Assembly: GCA_030704615.1 (NCBI GenBank)
Contig: CM060734.1
Coordinates: forward strand, 25,668,001-25,732,000
DNA length: 64,000 nucleotides
Origin: Takakia lepidozioides
Lineage: Eukaryota > Plantae > Bryophyta
Direction: 5' to 3'
Part shown: in pieces, positions 54,057-64,000 of the stretch
Numbering within the stretch: position 1 is the stretch's first letter
Layout of the letters: each line of letters begins with the position of its first letter
Program-made: the position numbers and the translations under genes
Notes under the pieces: generated by a model
The model's input: the letters and a program-made list of their open reading frames with translations, nothing else
What the model was told of the DNA's origin: nothing
Database searches by the model: none

Positions 54057-56590
54057 GGCCTTGTGCCGTTGCCGTCTCCATGGTGGGATTGAAATGGCCC
54101 ATTTTACTAAACCTATCCACCACCACCATGATTGCATCGAATCCTTTTGACAACGGCATAGCAGTCATGAAATCCATCGATACACTTTCCCAAGACCCCT
54201 CTGGAATGCAAGGGTTGTAACAGCCCCGCTTGCTTTTTGTACTCGCTCCGGTTTTGTTGGCATGTGGTGCATGTCTTGACATACTCCTCGACCTCCTCTC
54301 TTAGTTTGGGCCAGAAGTACTCTTTCTTCAAGAGTGCCGCGGTGCGCTTGGCTCCGTCGTGGCCTGCAAGCGGGCCATCGTGGCATTTTCTCAAGAGACT
54401 ATATCTGATCCCTCCCTTTGGCACGTAGAGGCGCTTTTGTTTGTACCGGAGTAGTCCATTGTGCAAGTGGAACTGCGATTTAACCCCCATCCTCAAGTCC
54501 CGCATCACGGACTTCACCATCTCATCCTTCCGGTAAGCCTTCCGGATCTTCCTTTGGAGCGTCGTCTCGCCCCTGTACACCAACCTGAGCTGCTGCTTTC
54601 TACTTAAAGCATCGGCCACCACATTGTCCCGTCCTGGTTTGTACTGGATATCCACGTCGAACACTGCCAAAGTGTCTTGCCACCTAAGTTGTTTTGGGGA
54701 CAACTTAGGCTGCGTGGCAAAATACTTCACCGTGACATTGTCCGTGAACACCTTCACCGGGTTGGAACCAACATAGTGGCGCCAAAGCTCAAGGCAATGC
54801 ACCACCGCCTTCATTTCTTTCTCGTGTGTAGGCCACCATCGCTCCACTTCATTCAGTTTCTTACTTTCGTAAGCCACTGGACGTCCTTCCTGCATGAGCA
54901 CACCCCCAATTGTGTAGTCTGACGCATCTGTATGAATCTCAAATCGACGGTCGAACTCCGGGATTTTCAGGACTGGAGCTTTCGCCATCCGCTGCTTCAA
55001 CTCGGCAAAAGCTTTGCCACAAAAGGTGTTCCATATCCATATCTTGGACTTATACAAAAGGTCTGATAGCGGCCCCGCGATCTTGGCGAAATTTCTCACA
55101 TACTTGCGGTAATAAGAGACGAGTCCTAGGAAGGATCGCACTCCCGGGACCGAAGTCGGAGGCTCCCAGTCCAAGATCGCCCTCACCTTTCTGTCATCCA
55201 TTTTGATCCCATCTTGTGTAATCACATGCCTTAGGAACTCCACTTTTGTGACCCCGAATTCGCACTTTGAAGCTTTGGCATACAGCTTCCCTTCTCGCAG
55301 TTTCTGGAACACCCTTTTGAGGTGCTCCAAGTGCTCTTCATTTGTTTTCGAGTACACCAAGATGTCGTCAATGTACACAATCACAAAGTCATCCAACCAC
55401 TCCTGGAAAAGAGTATTCATTAGCGTGCTAAAAGTCATGGGTGCATTGGTGAGCCCAAAAGGCATCACCAAGAACTCATATGAACCATATCTTGTCCTGC
55501 ACGCGGTCTTCTCCTTATCTCCTTCCGCCACTTGGATTTGATGGTAGCCAGAGCGCAAATCGATCCGGCTGATATACTTCGCTCCTGCCAACCGATCGAA
55601 GAGATCGTCGATCTTTGGCAAAGGGTACCGGTTTTTTATAGTCACCTTATTCAGAGCCCTGTAATCGACACACATCCGCAACATCCCATCCTTCTTGTCT
55701 GCGAATAGCACCGGGGCTCCGTAAGGTGATTTACTCGACCGGATGTACCCCTTTGACATTAGATCCTTGAGCTGGTCCTTCAGCTCAACCAACTCTCTGT
55801 GGCTCAACCGGTAGGGCGCCTTGGCAGGCGGCTCCGATCCCGGTATCACCTCTATCTTGTGGTCAACTCCTCTTCGCGGTGGCAAGCCGTTTGGTAAGTC
55901 CTCCTGCATCACATCTTGGTGTTTCTCCAAGATCCCCTTGATCCAATCTAGGCTCGGCTCCAAATCGACTTCTCCTTCTACTTGTCTTACGTAAAGCAAA
56001 AATTGGGGCTCGTGTGGCTCCTCCACGGTCCACTCCTTTGCTGATAGCAGGTTTATTCGCCCTCCCACTCGGTTGGGCGTTTCCGACACTCATAACACTT
56101 CGCCACCATTTCCACACGGTAACGTGACTATTCTCTTGCGGCCATCTATGACCGCTCCGGATTTGCTCAAAAATGTCATCCCCAAAATGAGATCCACTCC
56201 ATTGATCTCACAAATGGTGAAATTCTCACGTCCCTCCCAACTCCCGAGCTGAAGAGGAACATCGAACGCCAACCTCGTCACCAATTGTGGTTCTCTTTTG
56301 GCCGAACGCATTTCAATGGAGGCCCCTACATCACTTATCGGGAGCCCTAGCTTCCGTGCCGTTGCCGGTGTCATGAAGGAGTGCGACGCTCTTGTGTCTA
56401 CCAACAACGACTCGTTAGTTCCGGAAATTATCCTTTCACGAACATTAACTGACTCCCTTTACGCAAGGGGCCAGTCTTCTGGTACAACTCACAAGAGTAG
56501 TTGCCTACCTTGCAAGTCTTGGCGACCACCGCTTCCACCAAGCGGTTGATGGAATCTTTGGACAGCTCAATGGTCGCCCGAGTCATGTTC
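54056..56590 (-). mobile_element. Second, LTR-less internal copy of the chromovirus (PR-RT-RH-INT N-half)
   Basis: The 658-aa ORF 54113-56089 is nearly identical in protein to the pol at ~17170-19200. Truncated at both ends. Confidence 0.95.
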
Positions 56591-56845
56591 AATTGTCCAT
56601 TCTCTCATAAGTTCATGATAGCCTTCAAAAGGTCGATACCACATCTGCAACCAACTGTGCTTCCAATAACAATTTCTGTATAGAATTGATAACTCTCTGC
56701 ACCATCCTCTATTCACTAATTGTAATAAAAAAATCTCTTTATCGCTACAACAAAGCTTCTGAAAGATTCCTATCGATAGATGGTCTGGTAATCCGGTGAT
56801 CAACTCCAATAATCCTTTTATTCCCTCATCATTGCTCTCTGCCAT
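56567..56845 (-). CDS. Small F-box-like protein (3' end clipped by the chromovirus fragment)
   Basis: ELITGLPDHLSIGIFQKL...LQLVNRGWCREL resembles the F-box consensus LP.....I...L.......VCK.W. Confidence 0.5.
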   Translation of the reverse strand: MAESNDEGIKGLLELITGLPDHLSIGIFQKLCCSDKEIFLLQLVNRGWCRELSILYRNCYWKHSWLQMWYRPFEGYHELMREWTIEHDSGDH

Positions 56846-56880
56846 GCAAATGGTTTTACTTCACTATTATTCTCTTCCAA

Positions 56881-57165
56881 TTAATCCAATCGAAGACTTT
56901 CTATCTTCAAGTCCTTAATCTGTTCCTTCATGTATTTTGGATATCCATCCAAAGGACAGCACCACATATTGATCCACTCACGCCCCAATCGACGATGTTT
57001 ATATAAAATTGATAACTCATTTTTCAAGGCTTTACTCACACTCTTCATTCGCACTAACTCTGCCTCATTACATGATAGACTCTTAAAGATCCGAATCGAT
57101 ACATCCCTGGGTAAACCAGAAATTAATTCTCGCTCAGAGTTATTATCTTCTCCATTTGTGCACAT
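56881..57165 (-). CDS. Small F-box-like protein, tandem paralog (94 aa from ATG 57165)
   Basis: ELISGLPRDVSIRIFKSL...MKSVSKALKNELSILY...W..MW..P..GY aligns without gaps to the neighbouring ORF. Confidence 0.5.
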   Translation of the reverse strand: MCTNGEDNNSERELISGLPRDVSIRIFKSLSCNEAELVRMKSVSKALKNELSILYKHRRLGREWINMWCCPLDGYPKYMKEQIKDLKIESLRLD

Positions 57166-58423
57166 TCTCACTGTCTCAGGCAATTATAATTCTTCAACCA
57201 TTGCATTCAGAATCGGACTCACATTCCATCATTCCATTCTTCACATAGAACAAAAGGAATTGAACTTCCTTTTTCTCCTTCTTCTCTTCTATTCATTCAC
57301 AAACATTACATCACAATAATGCAGTACTAATGGGTAGTTGCAGCCTACGGTGGACCAAAATAAAACAAACCATGAGTCCCTAAAAGTACATAAAGGGGGA
57401 TGCAGCGAATCCTCAACCATTGGATTCGCTTCAATTTACGATATCAACCGTCTATTCCATCAAAGACTTTATTTTCAAATCGCGATAGTTTCAGATCACG
57501 ATAGTTTTTTTTTTTTTTTTTTTTTTTCCCCCCCAAATTTGACCTTGATCCACCGCGGGGGTCTACCCTTGGTCTATGTATTTAATGAGGTAGTGTTGAT
57601 ATTTCAAAGAATTGTACATGTAAATGACTTTACGAAAATAGTTATTTTGAATGCTCAAAATAGTACATAAAGTTTATTTTACTTAATATTTTTGAGTGGA
57701 TGTTTTCATTCTAGATTCTTTATCCCTCAAAGCACATCTATTCAAGTCCCTTTTTCTAATTTTCTATAAATCATGCTTTAAAAAAAAATCCATAACGGCC
57801 TTTTATATGGACTATAACAAATCCTTATGGACTTGTCCAAAAGTCCATAATTTCTAATCATTTGCTTTTTTGATAATTTACAACTAATCAAGGTCCCAAA
57901 AAAACAGTGTTGTGACAACATTTTTGGTCCACCATAGGTTGCAACTTCCATAATCTATCCTTAAGAAATAACTCTATCTTCCTAGCTCCTACACACGCTC
58001 TACTCTGGTCACGGCTCTCTGGCTCAACTGACAATGATCTATTGTCTCGCAGCTCAATTATAGCAAGCTGCCTCAACAACTTCTATAACCGTCTAACTTC
58101 TTCTATTCATCCACAATAGCCATTCATCCATCTTCTTCATTATCAATTAAAGTCAGACTATCGACCATCACACAATATCGAGTAATGTCACTATATCGAA
58201 CCGGTATCGATAGCGCCACAGAGTATATCGAGTAGGAAATGCACTAAATAGTCTTTAAAAAGTAAATCTCAACCAAAAATTCTTATTATTCTACATAGCC
58301 CCACTCCTAGTTGTGCAGCGCCCCCGCAAACACTATCGCTATTAAGTCTACCTAATTTCTAGGCTTCTTATTCTGTCTGCCATCAGGTTCATGCGATCGT
58401 CGATGGCCAGCACGCTCAGCAGC

Positions 58424-60886
58424 TTATCTTTGTGCCTTGGTGAATGCAACATAGGGGTGGAATCTGGAATCCCCCCAATCGTCATAGATCGTAGAATCGG
58501 CTTGTTGAATAAAGCTTGTCAAGCACATCAATTCAAATAACCGGATCCATCTAGCTGGGTGATGCAAATTCTTGGCGACAAGTCCAAACTCATAGCCTCC
58601 CAACATCACTTGATTGACATCAATGGCAAACCCAAACTGGAAACACCACTTCGCCAACACTCCGCAAAAGATCGATGCCATGAAGAACAATGGATCAGTA
58701 TGAGTCTGATGGGTGCGATGGAAATCATGGTAAGACTTGCTACAGGCTTCAAATGTGTTGAAATCACCTGGAACATACGGCCAATTATAGGGAAGCAATA
58801 CAAGCCCTTCATTTTCCCTCCATTTACCCCTGCGTGGAGCGCATACCCCAAAACTACCAACAATGCTCTGAGGCCAAGGGGTATTGTCCGCTGCTACTCG
58901 ATTGCCCAATCCACTTAACCATTCTGCAGTGGCCGTGTGATGGTAGTTCCGTCCCATCCATAACAACACCTCTCATCTTGGCATCACCTTGTCATCTGAA
59001 TCTCGATAGGCTCGGTCAGGGTCTCCCACAATTTCAGAGTGCTCCCAATTAGTGGGAAATCAATAGCGTCCGAATAACCCCATCCCTATCTGCACAATAT
59101 CGGCCGGTGTAGGTCGATTAATGAACAAATCACCCGTCCAGTCATCTGTCAAAACCTCCGACCAAGTTTTTTTTTGCAGCAAGCCATGTTGTCAATCGAT
59201 TCTGGATAGCTGTCACTGTCCAAATATACGCAGCTCCATGCAAATCCCTTCCTTCTGTCCTCCGATACCTGTAATAAGACTTCTCAATCATGACTTTGAA
59301 CTTCTCCTCCTCTAGTACAGTGGCCACCAAGGCTTGCACCTTCTCCAAATAGGGGCTCAACTCCTCTTCCTTAGGCAAAGGCAAAGCTGGCAGAAATGCA
59401 CAACCTGGGCTTTGGTTCCATGTGATATTGGCCGTCATCTGCCCCTTCCATTCTTCCAATCGATTTTCCAACTGCTGATAATACAGGAAACACCGAGAGG
59501 CAGGATCACCTACTGTAAAAAAGAACGTAGTAGGATTGACAACCTCCAGATCACCCTGAACAATCATCTCCACTGCCAGATTTTCCATCTCATAGTCACA
59601 CATGAATTGCCACTCTTCCTCCAAATCAATAGGCTCTTCTGCTCCATTGAGAGCTGCCTTCAAAATGCCACTGTCATAAATATAACCCTGACTCAAACAA
59701 CCAACATGTAGCCCAGTGGTAAGGGCATATACCCTCTTATGAGTGGTTGTGGGTTCAAACCACCCTGTTGGTTGTTACAAAGGTGTCCACCTTCCTACCG
59801 GAAGGCAGTAGCCATTCTGGGTCAAGTGACACCATAAGTTACGCTTGCTTCGGCAACCCGTCTATTTTTTATTTATTTTTTAAACCCTGACTCAAAGTAT
59901 TAGCATAACAGACATCCCTCCAATAAGTAAGAATCTGAGTCCCCAACAAGAATGGAGCCTGTACGGGAGTCTCTCGCAATTGATCCAATTCCTCCAATTG
60001 CGCATTTCCAGCACTTTCCAATTCCCTCATCTCACCTTCAGCCATCAACTTAAACTTCGCAAATGAATCCTTGTACCGTGCTTCTGGCTCTGCTTGCTCA
60101 GTAGGTCGCCTCTCCAACTCTGCTTGCCGACTCAATGCCTCAGTCAATTGCTGCTGCAACTCTGCAATACGATTGTCTTTATGCTACGATCGAGTGGTCT
60201 GCAACTGAACCACAACATCTTTGTCTGCAATGGCCTTCACATATTGGGTTTTTTTCTTCCTCCATTGCTCCTTACTCGCCTGCAACTCCTTGGCATCCAC
60301 ATCCGATTTCTTCTTCAATTCCTCCCATCCCCCTTGTAATTGGCGATTTTGTGAGATGACAGCAGCATAAGTGGTTTTCAATTCTTCTAGCTCTTTGCGC
60401 ACATCCTCATTATCAATTGCTTCAACTGCTACCTCTTGCAGACCATTAACCAAATCGCGAAGATTCGTTGTAAAGGAAGGATTTGTCTGGCTCCCTACAT
60501 CCTTGCCAGTGGAAGTAACAATAGCCATGTTAGCATTGGGGGTTGCATTGACCTTCGCTCCTTGAGCACTCGACTCAGCATTGTTTGTCCTCTGTATCTG
60601 TACTTCATCCGGAGGGGGTACTTCCAATCGATGCTGAAGTACCATCGAAAGATATGTCACACAATGTAGACTATCAGCCTTTGCTGCCCGCCTCTTACTG
60701 AAGATCTCCTCATGAATCTTTCCACACAAAAACTTTGCCCAGTTAAGACACAATCCTTCAAACGATGCTACTGCCGCATTCAATTGTCTGCTTGCTATAT
60801 AAGTAAGTGCTTTCTTCATCGTCAATCGACTTGTTACAAACTTCAACCATTCCATGAGCTCGGGTCCGATTATTTTGGCAATTGAC
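58424..60886 (-). pseudogene. Broken accessory ORF of a gypsy-like element (coiled-coil plus unknown domain)
   Basis: LNWAKFLCGKIHEEI resembles VNWASFLLKKLTQEL of the ORF at 21779-22636. ORF pieces 60184-60855, 59869-60159, 59142-59696 and 58424-58969 are collinear. Interrupted by a SINE and an LTR. Confidence 0.6.
59698..59882 (+). mobile_element. tRNA-derived SINE with T-rich tail
   Basis: A box TAGCCCAGTGG 59709-59719; B box GGTTCAAACC 59752-59761; acceptor-like stem ACCAACA/TGTTGGT; 14-bp TSD AACCCTGACTCAAA at 59684-59697 and 59883-59896. Confidence 0.92.
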
Positions 60887-61889
60887 TGTTAGAGGGTTGT
60901 CTGGGATTTCGACAGTTTTACGGGTTCTGTGGGGTACCCTTAATTTTGCGCAGACCTACGGTGGTAGACTCAGACCAATACAAACCTTAGGGGTCACAGA
61001 CACAGGCCTTAGGGGTGGTAGACAGGCTTACACAATCAGTCACAGCCTTACACAGTTAGACACAACCTGTCACAGCCTGACATAGCCTAATACAGTCAGT
61101 CACAGCCTTACACAGCCTATCATAGTCTATCACAGCCTGACACAACCGACACAGCCCGACACAACCAGTCATAGTCAGACACAGTCAGTCACAGCTCGGC
61201 ACAGTCACAGCCCGACACAGCTTGGCACAGCCCGTCACAGTGTTCACAGGGAACGGTTATCATTGGCATGGAACGACTGTGTGGGAACGACATCTGCAGA
61301 AGGAACGTGCATTCTGTCTTGGATGACAGCTAGTTAGTTAGGCGGTTAGAACAGCTTGCAGGTAGAATAAGCAGAGTAGCGACATGGAGGGGGTCATTTC
61401 AGAGATCGCTTCTTGGACATCACTTGAGGAGATCAGGCGGAGAGCACGATCTTGGAGCACAGGGATGGAGATTACACAGAGGAGGAGATATGACGAGATG
61501 ATGCTTGATTCATGCAAGCTGTAGAGATGCAATGTAGAGCAGATTAGAGACACCATGGCTTTGGCCTGATACATGATAGATATTAATATGATTCATATTT
61601 CATACTCACACCGTGTAGAGAGATATGAGTGAAGCTGTGGAATGAATGCTTGAGTAGATGGAACATGGTAGATTGCAGAAGCAATCTGATACTTAATCAT
61701 AGATAGTAAGGTAAAATGCTAACATGAATGCGAGAAGGGATACAAATAGGAAGCACCCCCATGATACACTAGTTGTAGGTCATAACTGATTGTTCTGAGC
61801 GGGCCGAGTACTTAGAGATTTCCAACTCTTCTATCCTGGAGTTTCCACCTCGGATAGGTAAGGGATGGGTGAGTAGAAGCCGCTCGACA
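60887..61889 (+). repeat. Putative 5' LTR of a Tat/Ogre-like gypsy element
   Basis: Runs TGTTAGAG...CTCGACA, interrupts the minus-strand ORF and is followed by a PBS. The left edge is inferred. Confidence 0.65.
60994..61250. repeat. Degenerate 10-bp minisatellite (CACAGYCWGA-like) inside the LTR
   Basis: More than 20 tandem units such as CACAGCCTTA, CACAGCCTGA and CACAGTCAGT. Confidence 0.9.
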
Positions 61890-62477
61890 TTTGGCGACCA
61901 TACTGGGGAACTAAGTCAAGAACAACCAGATGTGACAGGCATCTGGTGGGATCATGGTGGATGGAGAATTAAGGAATTTGATGTGAATCAAATTCCCTGT
62001 GAAACTGAGAAAGAAAGATTGTCCAAACAATTCTGTCAGAGGTTCTTGGAATTGCCAGACCGTTGCAAGGAAAACATTCTTAAGAGAGTGCATGATGCTG
62101 ATCCAGAGTGGGGTTTGGAGAAAGGAGTGATAAAGATTTATCAAGTGGCCTGTAGAGGGAGAGCAAGTTGGTTACCAACACTGGTTTATGTGATAGCATT
62201 GCTATCCATTAAACGAGTGGAGTTTGAAAGCTGGGAGGAACGGAAGGTGAATGTTTACACTCATATGCATGAAGAACTTGAACTGGTAAAGAATTGGATT
62301 CCTAAGGATATCTTGTGGATCAAACTTACACCAAGAATAGCTTTTCAGACGTGCTTGCCATATGGTTATATGGTAACGGAGCCTTCTAGTATAGCCAAGG
62401 GTGCATTAAAGCTTGAAAGAAATCCAGGCATATACGAGAGATACTACAGAAGAGAGTTTTGGTTATTGCCTCATTAA
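61869..62477 (+). CDS. Pre-gag extra ORF of unknown function
   Basis: 202-codon open frame running through the PBS, with no early ATG. Contains FLELPDRCKENILKRV (weakly F-box-like). Confidence 0.4.
   Translation: MSRSRSTFGDHTGELSQEQPDVTGIWWDHGGWRIKEFDVNQIPCETEKERLSKQFCQRFLELPDRCKENILKRVHDADPEWGLEKGVIKIYQVACRGRASWLPTLVYVIALLSIKRVEFESWEERKVNVYTHMHEELELVKNWIPKDILWIKLTPRIAFQTCLPYGYMVTEPSSIAKGALKLERNPGIYERYYRREFWLLPH
61892..61909 (+). promoter_or_regulatory. Primer-binding site, tRNA-Arg-like
   Basis: TGGCGACCATACTGGGGA, 2 nt after ...GACA. It resembles the tRNA-Arg PBS TGGCGACTCCGCTGGGGA of Tat/Ogre-type elements. Confidence 0.7.
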
Positions 62478-62497
62478 AGATATGAAAGACATGGGAC

Positions 62498-63300
62498 ATG
62501 AGTGATGAAAGGGAAGCTAGACTCCACAGATATTCAGCGAAAAGAGAAAGTTATTTGAAAGCTAATTATCCATATCTCTGGGAGAGAGGAATAGACATAG
62601 GGGAATCATCTGGACCTCTAACACCATTAAGGCCAGAGAGTACATCGCCCATACCGGAAGAAGCAGAATTGGAAGCCACTCCTTCTTATTCTTTACAAGA
62701 AAGAGTAAGGGATTTGGTAGAGGAAGAAGATCAGCCACGAAGGGAAAGATCTGAGGTACATCCCTGGGTTAAAGATTTGACAGAAATCTTTGATCAGAGT
62801 TGGCATGGAACACCAAGAGCAGGAACTCCACTTTCTGAAACACAAGACAAAGAAAGAGAGGAAGATGTGGCAGAGCCAACGGAGAGTTCAGACTCTCCAA
62901 CACCACTTCATTTGAGTTATATGAGTGAGGAAGAAGAAATCCAAGAGAAGAACTTGGAAGATGAAAACAGAGAGAAGAATTTGGAAGATGAAGAGTATGA
63001 AGAAGTAGACCCAACAGTTGAGGTTGAGACTATACCCAGGACATCCCAACCTGTTGGACCTGGATCAAGTGGAGCACTTGGATCACAAGCCAACAAAGGT
63101 GTCGGCTCAGGGAGATCAGGCGGGCAGCTTGGATCTGGCTCTGGGGGGACAGAGAGTGTGGGAATTAGTGCAACTGGAGCTGGGGGTACTGCAAGTACAG
63201 GGGGGCCAGTAGCAGGGAGTGCTCAGGGGCCAACACCTGGTGGGAGTTCCACCACTACAACAGTAGGTCCTCAAGGACCAACACCTACAGAAGGAGAGGT
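62498..63300 (+). pseudogene. Probable truncated Gag N-terminus (acidic, Gly/Ser/Thr-rich)
   Basis: ATG ORF downstream of the PBS, low-complexity like the N-terminus of the Gag at 28789. Composition changes abruptly near 63300. Confidence 0.5.
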
Positions 63301-63519
63301 TAGCTATTTCATGAGCATGAGCGGCATGAGCGGAGTAGTAAGACAATCGGTTTTCATGAGCAGAAGTACAAATTCTGCAAATAAAAAAAATGAAAAACAT
63401 TATTTTAATGGGATGTATCCAAAAAAAACAATATAATATTCATTGTTTGAAGTAGAAATTGTAGTTTTGAGAGCCGTGCTCATGATATTTCGTCTTCCGC
63501 TCATGCGAGTTGCGAGCGA

Positions 63520-63920
63520 CATCTGCAAAAATGGCGCCGAATTTCGCGATAATAGGTTCCGCAAGCAGAAAAATCGGCGACGTATTGCGCGGTAATAGGT
63601 GTCTCCGGCGAAAAATGGTGCCGAATTTCGCGGTTATAGGTCCCAACTTCATTGAAGTGTAAGCCCAAAATTTGGAAATGTGGCGCCGAATTTCGGTACA
63701 TGGTGCCGGACATTGCACAAATGTTGGGCAGTTCTGGGCCATGTAACTGGAAATTCGGCGCCATTTTTCCAGACATCGTTTCCAGACAATGTTGGGACTT
63801 AGCCAGTTTTCGGCCCAAAAAAAGAAATTCGGCGCCATTTTTCCAGAAATGGCCCCCTCAACTGCAACTGTTGGAACTCAGTTTTCTGGAAGATTTGCAA
63901 ATTTTTCATGCCGCCATCTT
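63520..63920. repeat. Direct and inverted AAAATGGCGCCGAATTTC motif array; probable DNA-transposon subterminal region
   Basis: Three forward copies (~63527, 63612, 63680) and two reverse copies (~63750, 63824). Confidence 0.7.
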
Positions 63921-64000
63921 TGTATTGATTCTGTTTCGACATTGAATTGCCACTGGACGTCAACGGATATCCAGCAGTCCCTAGTGTTTAAAAGACATCA

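Noticed and set aside
59700-59772. Functional tRNA gene
   Set aside because: The anticodon arm is irregular, and the unit has an extra body, a tail and a 14-bp TSD, so it is a SINE head.
60994-61250. CRISPR-like array
   Set aside because: Contiguous degenerate 10-mers with no unique spacers and no cas genes, in a eukaryotic context.

Overview
Eukaryotic, plant-type genomic DNA with GT-AG introns. The TE lineages suggest a non-seed land plant such as a bryophyte or lycophyte, but the species cannot be determined. There are two intact spliced host genes: ATG8 (5 coding exons, 121 aa) and a plastid-type histidinol-phosphate aminotransferase (9 exons, 413 aa). They sit among nested or fragmented TEs: several L1-like LINEs, a hAT relic, a full-length chromovirus (LTR pair, tRNA-Met PBS, TTCTA TSD) with two partial copies, non-chromovirus Ty3/gypsy elements with long accessory ORFs, and a tRNA-derived SINE with a 14-bp TSD. 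The main highlight is a Ty3/gypsy element whose Pol carries a DNMT3-like C5-cytosine methyltransferase between protease and reverse transcriptase. Other notable features are an intron-containing, bacterial-type (beta-class N4/N6) amino-methyltransferase relic at the window start, tandem F-box-like micro-ORFs among retroelement sequence, and an RT block relocated into the middle of an integrase. All family calls are by-eye motif recognition; no searches were run.
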